64,000 nt of DNA from Geobacteraceae bacterium (GTDB lineage: Bacteria > Desulfobacterota > Desulfuromonadia > Geobacterales > DSM-12255): contig JACABD010000008.1 of assembly GCA_013377075.1 (NCBI GenBank), positions 9,119-73,118 of the forward strand, read 5' to 3'. The position numbers were made by a program, and so were the translations under genes. Under the pieces are notes generated by a model, which was not told where the DNA came from, ran no database searches, and saw nothing but the letters and a program-made list of their open reading frames with translations. Below, piece after piece: positions 49,062 through 58,619 of this stretch (positions are counted from its first letter, which is position 1; the number at the start of each line of letters is the position of its first letter).

Positions 49062-51293
49062 TTATCTGGTCGCAGGCAACTCAATAATAAACCTGGTCCC
49101 CTTAGTTTCGTTACTTCGCACTCTGATGAAACCGTGGTGGTCAGTAATAATTGTGCTTACTATGGCGAGCCCAAGGCCGGTGCCACTCTTTTTTGTCGAG
49201 AAATACGGTTCAAACAGCCTTGGCTGATCTTCTTTCGGAATTCCGTGTCCTGTATCCGAGACTGAGAAGCTGGCTATCTTAAGCTCAGGATTGTAAATGG
49301 TTTCCAGTGTCACATCTCCATTCGCTTCAACTGCGTGGACGGCATTTTCAAGAAGGTTCACCAGAACACGTTTAATCTGATCCCGATCGAGCATAACCTC
49401 CGGGAGCCTGTTGTCAGCAATGAAACTAAAACGTACGTTTTTATGTGCGTCAGAATATAGTGTTACTGATTCGTTGATGATTTCGTTAAGGCTGCATGGA
49501 GCAAGTTGAGCCGCCGGCATCCGTGCAAACTGTGAGAATTCGTTGACCAGATTTTTCAGCTCTTCCACGGATTTGATAATTGTATTAGTTGACTGGTCAA
49601 ACACATTGTCGTCGGCTGAAAACCTCTCAAGGTAGCGCTTGCGTAGCCTCTGGGCTGAAAGTTGAATCGGAGTGAGAGGATTCTTGATTTCGTGGGCGAT
49701 TCGCCTTGCCACCTCCCGCCAGGCGGCCATTCTCTGAGCTTTTAAAATGTGGGTAAGGTCATCCATAACCACAACAGTGCCGAGAAAATCGTCATTTTCA
49801 TCTTTCAGAATAGTCAGGTTTACCTGTACTGAAAGTCGTTTTTCTGCGGTCATCAGCTCTACCTGACGGTTGACAATATCCTTTTTGTCAAGAGCAATCT
49901 CCCTCAGCATCTCTTTGAGAATACTGAGATATTCAGAGCTGAGGACATCTCGGAAGTTTCTGCCGATTGCCTCAAGGCGGTTTACCTGCAGCAGGTTTTC
50001 AGCGGACTTGTTGATGGTGGTAATAACTCCATGGCTGTTGGTTGAGATGACACCGGCAGTTATATGTCTAAGGACAGTCTCCATATATCTGCGCCTACCC
50101 TCAATCTCCTGATTACTCAGACTAAGCTCCTGGTTCGCATCTCTCAAGGCGAGCTGATTGGTTTTAAGGTCGGCAGTCATTTTGTTGAAAGAGTGTATCA
50201 ACTGGCCGATCTCATCCTGGCTTTCACCGGTGAGCTTTATCTCCAGATTGCCATCTGCAATCTGCCTTGTCGCCTCGGCAAGATCCTGAATAGGGTCTGT
50301 GAGGCTACGGGCTAGGTTTACTCCAAACCAGACCGAGAGGGTTATGATGACTATTGTAATGAGGAGAAGGGTCAGAATGTATGTTGTCGTAATCGGTTTC
50401 TTGAGTATTTTCAGCTGTCTGAATTCATGGTAGGAGTTGGTAATCTCCTTCATTTTGCTGACCAGAGAGTAGGGGACGTAATAATTTACAACAACAACGC
50501 CGACAACATCCTTGTCGTTCCAGTTGGAGAATACGGGAACAATACCTCTTATCAGATCTGCCTTGCCGATGGAGTTAACGCGGCTGAACTCTTTGCCTTT
50601 TAGACCCTTGTCAAGATCCTCAGATGACGGGTTGGTGAACTCTGAGGCCGGGAGCTTGGGGTTTGCGGCTCTGACCAGCTCCTCACGTTGCGCCGAGAAG
50701 ACTTCAACCACGCCAAGATTGTACTCTTTCTGTTTTTCCTTTATCAGTGCTTTCAGCTCACCAAGATTTTCATCATTGAGCAGCTTGCGATTCTTGATCT
50801 TCTGGCTTATCTGCTCACTGTAAAAGAGCGCATTGGCAGCCGAGTTCTTGTAGTAGGTCTGGGCGACCTCCATCGATTCGTCCAGAGATGTTTCAATCTG
50901 ACTGTTGAACCAGTTCTGGATACTGTTGGAGATATAGCCGGCTGAAACAAAGAACAGCAGCAGTGTCGGGAAGAGGGATAGTGAGACAAAGGCAAGCACC
51001 AGTTTGGTTCTGAGTCTAGCCCCCATCTTGTCCATCTGGCGCTCCTTGAAGAGCTTGAACATGTTGCGGGCAAGTAGATAAACAAAGAGAATTATGAGGA
51101 GAGTTATGATGTTAATGAGCCCGAAGATGGTAATGTTTGCGCCCATAGGCACTTCAGAGCTTATCTTTGTCAGATGAATCTGGGTTGCAATAAGAACACT
51201 TATAAGTACAAGACAAATACCGATGATAAAAGTTTCACGTTTTCTTTTGCGCTGTTCGTATTGTGGGGGGCGCGCGGGTGTTCTTTCGGACAT
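49062..51293 (-). CDS. NtrY-like sensor histidine kinase (4 TM, HAMP, PAS, HisKA, HATPase)
   Basis: H-box IAHEIKNPLTPI, SDTGHGI, GTGLGLAIV. Domain order and 743-aa size resemble NtrY. Confidence 0.75.
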   Translation of the reverse strand: MSERTPARPPQYEQRKRKRETFIIGICLVLISVLIATQIHLTKISSEVPMGANITIFGLINIITLLIILFVYLLARNMFKLFKERQMDKMGARLRTKLVLAFVSLSLFPTLLLFFVSAGYISNSIQNWFNSQIETSLDESMEVAQTYYKNSAANALFYSEQISQKIKNRKLLNDENLGELKALIKEKQKEYNLGVVEVFSAQREELVRAANPKLPASEFTNPSSEDLDKGLKGKEFSRVNSIGKADLIRGIVPVFSNWNDKDVVGVVVVNYYVPYSLVSKMKEITNSYHEFRQLKILKKPITTTYILTLLLITIVIITLSVWFGVNLARSLTDPIQDLAEATRQIADGNLEIKLTGESQDEIGQLIHSFNKMTADLKTNQLALRDANQELSLSNQEIEGRRRYMETVLRHITAGVISTNSHGVITTINKSAENLLQVNRLEAIGRNFRDVLSSEYLSILKEMLREIALDKKDIVNRQVELMTAEKRLSVQVNLTILKDENDDFLGTVVVMDDLTHILKAQRMAAWREVARRIAHEIKNPLTPIQLSAQRLRKRYLERFSADDNVFDQSTNTIIKSVEELKNLVNEFSQFARMPAAQLAPCSLNEIINESVTLYSDAHKNVRFSFIADNRLPEVMLDRDQIKRVLVNLLENAVHAVEANGDVTLETIYNPELKIASFSVSDTGHGIPKEDQPRLFEPYFSTKKSGTGLGLAIVSTIITDHHGFIRVRSNETKGTRFIIELPATR

Positions 51294-51334
51294 CTAAACA
51301 TCTCCAAAAATCTGAAGCAGGGAATTTAGGCGGA

Positions 51335-53017
51335 TCATAGTCTGCCGGAACGGATGATTGCTATCAGCCATACAAGGCTGATGATACCGGCGATACTGTA
51401 ACCCATAAAGGCAAAAACCGGGAAGCCAAGAAGCAGCGGGCCTTTTCCGGTCTGCATGACAATTGACGAACCGACTATAAGGGCGGCGATGATGAGGCTT
51501 GAGGAGAGACGATTGATTGATTTGTCCAGCTCTTTTATGAATCTATCCAGCCCGCGGTGCTCAAGGTCGATCTTGAACTTGTCCCGGTTTATCCGGTTGA
51601 GAATCTCCTTAATGTCCTTTGGCAGGGATCGGATAAGGTTCACATATGCATTGGCATTGCCAAAAAGATCCTTGAGGGAGCTTTTCGGGGAGAGCCGCTC
51701 CCTGATCTCCTTCTCCATCATCGGGCGAAGATGCATGGTCATGTCGAACTTCGGGTCAAGTCTGCGCCCAATACTCTCCATGCTCATGAATGTCTTGGCG
51801 AGCAGGAGCAGGTCAGGGTGAAACTTGATCCGGTAGGCGGTTATTATGTCGGTGAAGTCGACAAGGAGTTTTCCGATCTGCAGATCCTGAAGGGCGAGTT
51901 CGTAATAGGTATCGATGAAATCTGAGATATCCCGGCGAAGGGAGCGGACATTGACATTATCAGTTATGTCCCCTGAATAGACGAGAAGCGAGATAACCTC
52001 TTCTGCATCGCGTTTCAAAATGGCAAGAACGATGTCTGTCAGGTGGCGCTTCAGGAACGGATCAATCCGCCCGGTCATGCCGAAGTCGAGCATGCAGATG
52101 ACATTGCCGGGTAGAATGAGGACATTGCCCGGATGCAGATCCCCGTGAAAAAACCCATGATGAAGAACCATCTTTACAAAGGCGTCAGCTCCACGCTTTG
52201 CAATCAGTTTCAGGTCATAGCCGCCAGCTTCAAGGTGTTCAATATCTGAAACCTTGAGCCCCTTTATCATCTCCATTGTCAGGACTGCCTGGGATGTCAT
52301 CTCCCAGTAAACCTTCGGGAAATAGACGGTATTGTCACCGCTGAAATTGGTGGCAAAACGCTCTATGGTTCTCCCTTCAAGGGAAAGATCCATCTCCCGC
52401 CTGATGGTTCGTGCCAGCTCTCTTACCTGGCCGACCGGGTCATATATTTCACTGTCCGGGAGATGTTTTTCAGCCATCAGGGCAAGCAGCATCAGTGCTT
52501 CGATATCTGTCTCTATCTGGCTGATGATGCCCGGCCTGCGAATTTTGACGACCACATCCTCGCCGCTAAGCAGGATTGCCCTGTGAACCTGGGCGATGGA
52601 GGCTGCTGCGAGCGACTCCTCAGAGAAAAAAGAGAAGAGCTCGGTGATCTCCTTGCCGAACTCCCTGCGTATCTCGGCAGTAACCTCATCAAAAGTAAAA
52701 GGGGGGACGTTGTCCTGTAGTTTGGCAAACTCTTCAAGGTAGTTGGGAGGAATCAGGTCAGAGCGGGTGGAGAGAAACTGGCCCAATTTCACGAATGTCG
52801 GGCCGAGCTCTTCAAGGGCAAGCCTCATACGCTCGGCCTGGCTCAGTTCGACAAATGCCGAAGTTTCACGACGGAGCATCCTTCGCCATCTTGCAACCAG
52901 CTGGGTCAGGTTCAGGTACGAGAGGAGATTATCGAATCCGTACTTGAAGAGGACACGGACAATCTGCCGGTAGCGCCTGATGCTGCGAATATTGCGGTTA
53001 AGCTGAAACAGGTTCAA
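51335..53017 (-). CDS. ubiB: UbiB/ABC1-family atypical kinase
   Basis: AAASIAQVHRA, HGDLHPGN, two C-terminal TM segments. TTG start lies 3 nt after the upstream stop. Confidence 0.85.
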   Translation of the reverse strand: MNLFQLNRNIRSIRRYRQIVRVLFKYGFDNLLSYLNLTQLVARWRRMLRRETSAFVELSQAERMRLALEELGPTFVKLGQFLSTRSDLIPPNYLEEFAKLQDNVPPFTFDEVTAEIRREFGKEITELFSFFSEESLAAASIAQVHRAILLSGEDVVVKIRRPGIISQIETDIEALMLLALMAEKHLPDSEIYDPVGQVRELARTIRREMDLSLEGRTIERFATNFSGDNTVYFPKVYWEMTSQAVLTMEMIKGLKVSDIEHLEAGGYDLKLIAKRGADAFVKMVLHHGFFHGDLHPGNVLILPGNVICMLDFGMTGRIDPFLKRHLTDIVLAILKRDAEEVISLLVYSGDITDNVNVRSLRRDISDFIDTYYELALQDLQIGKLLVDFTDIITAYRIKFHPDLLLLAKTFMSMESIGRRLDPKFDMTMHLRPMMEKEIRERLSPKSSLKDLFGNANAYVNLIRSLPKDIKEILNRINRDKFKIDLEHRGLDRFIKELDKSINRLSSSLIIAALIVGSSIVMQTGKGPLLLGFPVFAFMGYSIAGIISLVWLIAIIRSGRL

Positions 53018-53020
53018 TTG

Positions 53021-53320
53021 TTATTCCTGTGCCAGCTTTTTTTCAAGCTCTTCGACCCTGAGTTTAAGCTGCTCATAGTCATCTTTGGGGACAAGACCGA
53101 TACGCTCGACAGTCTTTTTTACTTCAACTTCAGCCGCCTCGGTCAGCTTTTCGCGTGTTTCCTTGGCAACTCCCTGTATTTTTTCAAGAAACGCCTTTCC
53201 CTCTTCTTCGCTGAACTTGTACTTTTCCTTCATGTCGGCAAGGAGCTCTTCACCCTTTTTCTGGGTGAGCGAAAGAGCGCCGATTCCTGTCAGTACAGCT
53301 TTCTCAAAGAGTTCGAACAT
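53021..53320 (-). CDS. Phasin-family-like small coiled-coil protein
   Basis: MFELFEKAVLTGIGALSLTQKKGEEL... is typical of the small phasin-like gene found upstream of ubiB. Confidence 0.55.
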   Translation of the reverse strand: MFELFEKAVLTGIGALSLTQKKGEELLADMKEKYKFSEEEGKAFLEKIQGVAKETREKLTEAAEVEVKKTVERIGLVPKDDYEQLKLRVEELEKKLAQE

Positions 53321-53398
53321 GGTCTGCCTCCTGTGATTCTGGGTATTTGAGCGTCTGTCTCAAAGATTAACATTTTGGCAGGGAAACGCAAGAAGAAG

Positions 53399-53611
53399 CT
53401 AACGGCGGAAGAGGTAGAGCAGAAGTGAGATTATGGCAGAAATTATGATGCAGGTTGTCAGCGGAAAGTGGAAGGAAAAGTTTTCTCTCTTTATGTTGAT
53501 ATCTCCAGGTAGATGCCCGAGCCACGGCAGTTTGCCGGAGAGCATCAGGATGCAGCCTGCCCCGGCAATGATAAGACCCAGGATGATGAGGGCCTTGCCG
53601 AGCTCAGACAT
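53399..53611 (-). CDS. DUF2905-like small membrane protein
   Basis: MSELGKALIILGLIIAGAGCILM...LPGDINIKRENFSFHFPLTTCIIISAIISLLLYLF. The internal ATG 53611 overlaps the queH stop by 8 nt. Confidence 0.65.
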   Translation of the reverse strand: MSELGKALIILGLIIAGAGCILMLSGKLPWLGHLPGDINIKRENFSFHFPLTTCIIISAIISLLLYLFRR

Positions 53612-54146
53612 TTTTTGCCGTGGGCATATAGCGTTCCTTCTCGCTATAGATGCAGCCGCAGTACTGCTGGCGGTAGAGTCCCATCTCCTTCGAGATCCGT
53701 ATCCCCTCCTGCCAGCCCGGGCGGAAATCTTCATAATAAAAGCTGACGCCATGCCTCACAGCAGCCCGTTCACCGGCGGTACGGATACTTTCATGGTTCT
53801 GATAACGGCTGTAGAGCAGGGATGAGGTGAAAGCGTCAAAACCGAGCTCTGCGGCTTTCTGCGCAGCTGCATCAAGGCGTGAGAAATAGCAGTAGCTGCA
53901 TCTGGCGTCTGGGTTCTGGGCAACGGCTGAGAGAAACTCTTCGAGGTTGTACTCATCCCGGTAGATCATCGCCAGCTCTTTAGCCCCGGCAAACTCCCGG
54001 ACAGCTGTCAGGCGGCGCTGATACTCCTGGTACGGGTGGATGTTGTGATTGTAGAAAAAACCGCTGACGCTATGGCCACTTTCAGCAAGCTTCTGGAGAG
54101 GGTAGATTGAGCAGGGGCCGCAGCATATGTGGAGAAGAATATTCAT
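53604..54146 (-). CDS. queH: Epoxyqueuosine reductase QueH (DUF208)
   Basis: LLHICCGPCS N-terminus and C-terminal YRQQYCGC. Confidence 0.8.
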   Translation of the reverse strand: MNILLHICCGPCSIYPLQKLAESGHSVSGFFYNHNIHPYQEYQRRLTAVREFAGAKELAMIYRDEYNLEEFLSAVAQNPDARCSYCYFSRLDAAAQKAAELGFDAFTSSLLYSRYQNHESIRTAGERAAVRHGVSFYYEDFRPGWQEGIRISKEMGLYRQQYCGCIYSEKERYMPTAKNV

Positions 54147-54286
54147 AGGTGGATTTAAACATGCAGTTCATGCGGCTGTCAATGGTGCTGTTCACTGAGT
54201 TAATTCGGTTTGATCAGATCATTTGACATGAGCTTCATAAAAAGGGCACTATGCACCCTTCTAATCTGTTGCCATAAGGATATGTC

Positions 54287-55519
54287 ATGACTCTTCTGAT
54301 CGTCGCACTTTTTGCTGCCACAACCGCTTTCACCTACTGGCTGCGCCACATAAACCTGAATCACCTGAAACAGCACGGCTCAACTGTTCCCGAAGGTTTT
54401 GAATCTCTGGTTACCAAAGAAACTATGGAAAAAACCTCTGCCTATACCTTTGAGAGCAGCCGGCTTGGGCTTTGGGAATCGCTGTTTGATAATCTGCTTC
54501 TCATCGCGTTTATTTTTGCCGGGCTCCTGGCGGTTTACGACAGCTTTATCCTCTTGTTGACCGGTTCATTCATCCTCCAGGCGATTCTTTTTTTTCTGAT
54601 TCTCACTGTTTTGCAGACCGTTCTGGAGATGCCGTTTTCGCTGTACGGAACCTTTGTTGTCGAGGCCAGACATGGTTTCAACAAGACGACTCCCCGTCTC
54701 TGGCTGGCTGATCTGATCAAATCCCAGCTCATCGGCGCAGCTCTTATCTCTATTGTGCTTTCTGCCATATTCGGCCTGATCCAGTGGAGTCCCGGTCACT
54801 GGTGGATCTGGGTCTGGGGCTTCATGGCAACCTTTACCCTCTTCATGATGTTCATTTCCCCCTATCTGATCGAGCCGCTTTTCAACAAGTTCGAACCGGT
54901 GACCGAGGAGGGGCTTGAGGATGAGATCAAGGCGATGATGGCAAAGGCCGGACTCAAAGTCGGCAGTGTCATGCAGATGGATGCCTCGAAACGGAGCGGT
55001 CACTCAAATGCCTATTTCACCGGCATTGGCAGGGTCAAGCGGATCGTTCTTTACGATACGCTGATAAAGCAGATGACTCATCGGGAGATTGTCGCTGTAC
55101 TTGCCCATGAAATAGGACACTGGCGGCTCGGCCATATCTGGAAGCGGATCGTGGTTGCCGAAGTCATCGCTTTTTTCGCCTCCTGGTGCGCTTTCAGTGC
55201 CCTGAACTGGGACGGGCTCCCCGGCCTGCTCGGTTATGCCCAGCTTTCGCTTCCAGCAAAGATGGTGCTGCTCGGCTTCATTGCTTCGCTGATCATGTTC
55301 CCGGTGACACCGCTCTCAGCCTGGCTCTCCAGACGTCATGAATATGCAGCGGACAATTTTGCAAAGGAAATAACCGCTGATCCAGATGCCCTGGCAACAG
55401 CTCTGGTGAAGCTGGCTGGCGAAAATCTCTCCAATCTTCATCCCCATCCGCTTTATGCTTCCTTCTACTATTCACACCCGCCGGTGGTGGAGCGGGTGAA
55501 GATGCTTAAGAACTCTTGA
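54287..55519 (+). CDS. M48 (Ste24/HtpX-like) zinc metalloprotease
   Basis: Multi-TM N-terminal half, HEIGHW HExxH site, downstream EYAAD. Confidence 0.85.
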   Translation: MTLLIVALFAATTAFTYWLRHINLNHLKQHGSTVPEGFESLVTKETMEKTSAYTFESSRLGLWESLFDNLLLIAFIFAGLLAVYDSFILLLTGSFILQAILFFLILTVLQTVLEMPFSLYGTFVVEARHGFNKTTPRLWLADLIKSQLIGAALISIVLSAIFGLIQWSPGHWWIWVWGFMATFTLFMMFISPYLIEPLFNKFEPVTEEGLEDEIKAMMAKAGLKVGSVMQMDASKRSGHSNAYFTGIGRVKRIVLYDTLIKQMTHREIVAVLAHEIGHWRLGHIWKRIVVAEVIAFFASWCAFSALNWDGLPGLLGYAQLSLPAKMVLLGFIASLIMFPVTPLSAWLSRRHEYAADNFAKEITADPDALATALVKLAGENLSNLHPHPLYASFYYSHPPVVERVKMLKNS

Positions 55520-55579
55520 TAATTAGCTGAACTGTCGTTATTATTTGCCTGAAAGTTTATGCACAAGGAGATTTTTATT

Positions 55580-56092
55580 ATGGATATTGAAAGCTTTCTG
55601 CAAAACCTGAAGGTGCGCCTTGATGCTGTAACCTCTGCCGATGAACTGCTTAAGCCCATTGCTACCGGGATTGCCGGGTTTTTCTCTCTGCGTGATCATG
55701 AGGTGGGAGTCTTTGCGGTCAATCACAAAAAACATGAGATCGCTTTTCTCTGGCCCCAAGGGGTGACCACAGGGCATATCCCGCTCAAAGCCATGAATTC
55801 CCTGGTTGCAAAGACGGCAAACGAGCTGGTGACGACCCTTGATAACTCCTTTGCCAAAAGCCGCCATCTCTTCATCTTCGAATTCATGCTTGCTGAAAAG
55901 AGTGATCGCATCCCGATTCAGAAGATCATGAGTGTACCGGTAATTGCCAATGGTGAGTCAAAAGCGGTTATTCAGGTTGTGCGTAAAGGTGCTGACATTG
56001 CCGATGCAGGAGAGGATTTCACCGATCAGGATCTCTCTGCTCTGGTAAAAATTGCTGATCTCCTCGCACTCTACAACCTTCAGGGAGCCTGA
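55580..56092 (+). CDS. Small GAF-like domain protein
   Basis: About 170 aa with a GAF-like pattern (...IMSVPVIANGESKAVIQVVRKG...). AAGGAG favours ATG 55580. The stop overlaps the next ATG (TGATG). Confidence 0.45.
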   Translation: MDIESFLQNLKVRLDAVTSADELLKPIATGIAGFFSLRDHEVGVFAVNHKKHEIAFLWPQGVTTGHIPLKAMNSLVAKTANELVTTLDNSFAKSRHLFIFEFMLAEKSDRIPIQKIMSVPVIANGESKAVIQVVRKGADIADAGEDFTDQDLSALVKIADLLALYNLQGA

Positions 56093-57423
56093 TGAGCCGG
56101 ATCTGGACGTACTCTAAAGGGGAGGTTTCACCGGAAGATGGTGAGGTGGTTGCCGAATTCCCTGTGCCCCTTACCGTTAATGGCCGGGAGATTGCCACCC
56201 TTGTTGCCTCGCCCCATGATCTTAACTATCTGGTGGCTGGATTCATGCGGCTTCAGGGGTTTGTCTCCAGTTCAGATGATTTCGAACTGTTTTCTGTCTG
56301 CAAGGATTTCGGCGCTGCCAATGTCCGTATCAAAGGGGAGCTTCCGGTAGCGCTCAAACCGTTTCTCACCTCCGGCTGCGGCACCGGCATCACCTTCACT
56401 CTTCCGGCAGCTCTTAAAGTCAGCTCTGAAAACCGCTTCACCCCCGAGCAGATTCTCTTTCTCATGGATAGCCTTGCAAAGCAGGCTGACAGGTATCGTA
56501 CCCACGGTGGCATTCACTCCGCAGCTGTCGGTGATGGCGAGCGGATGATCCTCTACGCAGAGGATCTTGGCCGTCACAACACCGTAGACCGCATCGCCGG
56601 TGAGGCTCTTTTCAAGGGGATCGACCTTTCCGGGCTGATGATGGTTACCTCCGGGCGGGTCTCCACCGAGATGGCTGCCAAGGCGGCCCAGCTCGGCATT
56701 GCCCTCATCGCCTCCCGCACCTCACCCACCGACATGGCAGTAAAGCTCTGCGAAGAGTCCGGCATAACCCTGATCGGCTATGTCAGGGGGGGGCGCTTCC
56801 AGATTTACTCCTATCCCGACAGGGTGCAACTCCCTTTGCCAAAAATAGCCGGGGTTGCCGGAGCGATTCTTGCCGGAGGACAATCATCCAGAATGGGGCG
56901 CAACAAGGCGCTGCTCCCCATCCATGGCAGGCCGATCATTGAGGAGATTTACCGGAAGATGGCCGGCCTCTTTAAAGAAGTTGTCATCGTCACCAATAGT
57001 CCGGAGGATTATGCCTTCTTGCCATGCCCGAAAATTCCTGACATCCATATGGGCAAAGGCTCCATGGCCGGAGTTCATGCTGCCCTTGAGTGGTCACCTG
57101 AGGAGCGGATTTTCGTGGTTGCCTGTGATATGCCCTTTCTTGACCCAATAGCTGTGAGAGCCTTTGCAGCACGACTTGACTGTGAAACGGCACTTGTCCC
57201 CTGCACTGACGGCGGCTTTGAGCCGCTGCACTCCTTCTACTCGAAAAAAATCGCCCATCTCCTTGACGAGGCGCTGCAGGCCGACAGACCCAAAATTTTG
57301 GATCTCCTCCAAACCCTTGATACACGCTTCATCCCGGCGGATGAGGTCGCCCGGATATCCCCCGGTTTCAGGTCATTTATCAATCTCAACAGGCCGGAAG
57401 AGTACGACGCAATTGGCGGATAA
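56092..57423 (+). CDS. FdhD-like sulfurtransferase fused to MobA-like Mo-cofactor guanylyltransferase
   Basis: The N-terminal 260 aa are FdhD-like (GCGTG, EDLGRHNTVDRIAGE, SGRVSTEM). The C-terminal 180 aa are MobA-like (GAILAGGQSSRMGRNKALL, ACDMPF). Confidence 0.75.
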   Translation: MSRIWTYSKGEVSPEDGEVVAEFPVPLTVNGREIATLVASPHDLNYLVAGFMRLQGFVSSSDDFELFSVCKDFGAANVRIKGELPVALKPFLTSGCGTGITFTLPAALKVSSENRFTPEQILFLMDSLAKQADRYRTHGGIHSAAVGDGERMILYAEDLGRHNTVDRIAGEALFKGIDLSGLMMVTSGRVSTEMAAKAAQLGIALIASRTSPTDMAVKLCEESGITLIGYVRGGRFQIYSYPDRVQLPLPKIAGVAGAILAGGQSSRMGRNKALLPIHGRPIIEEIYRKMAGLFKEVVIVTNSPEDYAFLPCPKIPDIHMGKGSMAGVHAALEWSPEERIFVVACDMPFLDPIAVRAFAARLDCETALVPCTDGGFEPLHSFYSKKIAHLLDEALQADRPKILDLLQTLDTRFIPADEVARISPGFRSFINLNRPEEYDAIGG

Positions 57424-57429
57424 GCGGCC

Positions 57430-58329
57430 ATGAATACCCCTCTGCTACTGCTTCATTTCAGACTGAAGCCTGTGACCCCCCTGTTGACGGCCTTTGATCT
57501 CCTCCATCAGCTGAAAAGCCGCTTTGCATCCGCCTTCAGAGACGCCAACGGTTGTCTTGGCAAAGATGACGCTTGCCGTATCGGTAACGGCTGCGCCTGC
57601 AACGCCATTTTCGGCCAGCAGCTTGCCACCGATCCCTATGCCCTGCGCCGCTTCCAGAAGCCACCGCTCCCCTTTGCCTTCAGAGTCTCTGTTGAGAGTC
57701 TCAAATCCCGCAATCCTTCCGAAATTGAGCTGCAACTGGCCATTGTCGGTGACGGGATCAGCCATCTTGAACCATTAGTCAAGGCTGTGCAGCGTGTCAT
57801 TGAAAACCCTTCAGGACAATCTGGCTGGCAGCTCTCTTGCGTAGAAGCATCAGCCGCAGATGGCTCAAAAACACTCCTGCCGCTCAGCGCCCCCCTTGCC
57901 GGGTTTTCATTCCTGCCAATTCTCACCTTTGGCGAACTGATGACTGCAAACGCCCCATCTTCTGCAAAGATCAAACTCAGCTTCCACACCCCCCTGCGCC
58001 TCCTGCAAAACGGCTCCCCCCTGCGCCAACCCGCTTTCAGCGCCATAGCCGGGGCACTCTTTCGCCGTATCTCTTCGCTGGCCTACTATTACGGCAGGGA
58101 GGAGCTCACCCATGACTTCAAATGGCTTGCAGAGCAGAGCCGCGAGGTTGGCCCCCTGTCATCAGCCGTTCAGTGGGTGAGTAGAGGCGGTACACTGCAC
58201 GGCATAGAAGGGACGCTCTCCTTCAAAGGTGATCTGACCGAATTCATGCCATTCATCGAGCTCGGCAGCAGACTGAATCTGGGGAAGGGTGCTGCGTACG
58301 GGGCGGGGAGTTTTACCGTTTCTATCTGA
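57430..58329 (+). CDS. Orphan Cas6-like RAMP protein (CRISPR_Cas6/DUF2276-like), no CRISPR or cas neighbours
   Basis: Cys-rich N-terminal segment C..C..C.C then PPLPFAF. Central FHTPLRLLQNG...FRRISSLAYYYG. C-terminal Gly-rich loop LGKGAAYGAGSF resembles the Cas6 G-loop. Starts 6 nt after the fdhD-mobA stop. Confidence 0.45.
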   Translation: MNTPLLLLHFRLKPVTPLLTAFDLLHQLKSRFASAFRDANGCLGKDDACRIGNGCACNAIFGQQLATDPYALRRFQKPPLPFAFRVSVESLKSRNPSEIELQLAIVGDGISHLEPLVKAVQRVIENPSGQSGWQLSCVEASAADGSKTLLPLSAPLAGFSFLPILTFGELMTANAPSSAKIKLSFHTPLRLLQNGSPLRQPAFSAIAGALFRRISSLAYYYGREELTHDFKWLAEQSREVGPLSSAVQWVSRGGTLHGIEGTLSFKGDLTEFMPFIELGSRLNLGKGAAYGAGSFTVSI

Positions 58330-58367
58330 TAATTACTAAAATCTGATGAGATGAAGTAATCTTCTAT

Positions 58368-58398
58368 ACTCCTCCACCAAAAGGCAGGAGTTTTTTTG
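58368..58398 (+). terminator. Probable rho-independent terminator
   Basis: ACTCCTCC / GGCAGGAGT stem (one bulge), 7-nt loop, then TTTTTTTG. Confidence 0.6.
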
Positions 58399-58619
58399 TC
58401 TTTTGCAAAATGATAATCCTTTCTAAAGCGCCTGTAACCTCTCCTGTATCATTATGTTGTCACTCACCCTTTAAAACAATTCTCCGTTAAAGCATTTTTA
58501 TTCAGAGCAGTTCGGTTGCATAATTGAATTATGTTGATAAGCTTGAAATTGCTTAGAATATGCTAATTATTTGCCGTGATTCAGGCAGATATTTTACTGT
58601 ATTGAGGAGGCTTGTATAT

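Noticed and set aside
53433-53825. 130-aa plus-strand ORF opposite the DUF2905 and queH genes
   Set aside because: It is antisense to two recognisable family members and has no independent support.
58330-58619. Possible CRISPR array next to the Cas6-like gene
   Set aside because: I read the AT-rich spacer and found no direct repeats of CRISPR size and period, only a terminator hairpin and a promoter-like AT-rich tract.
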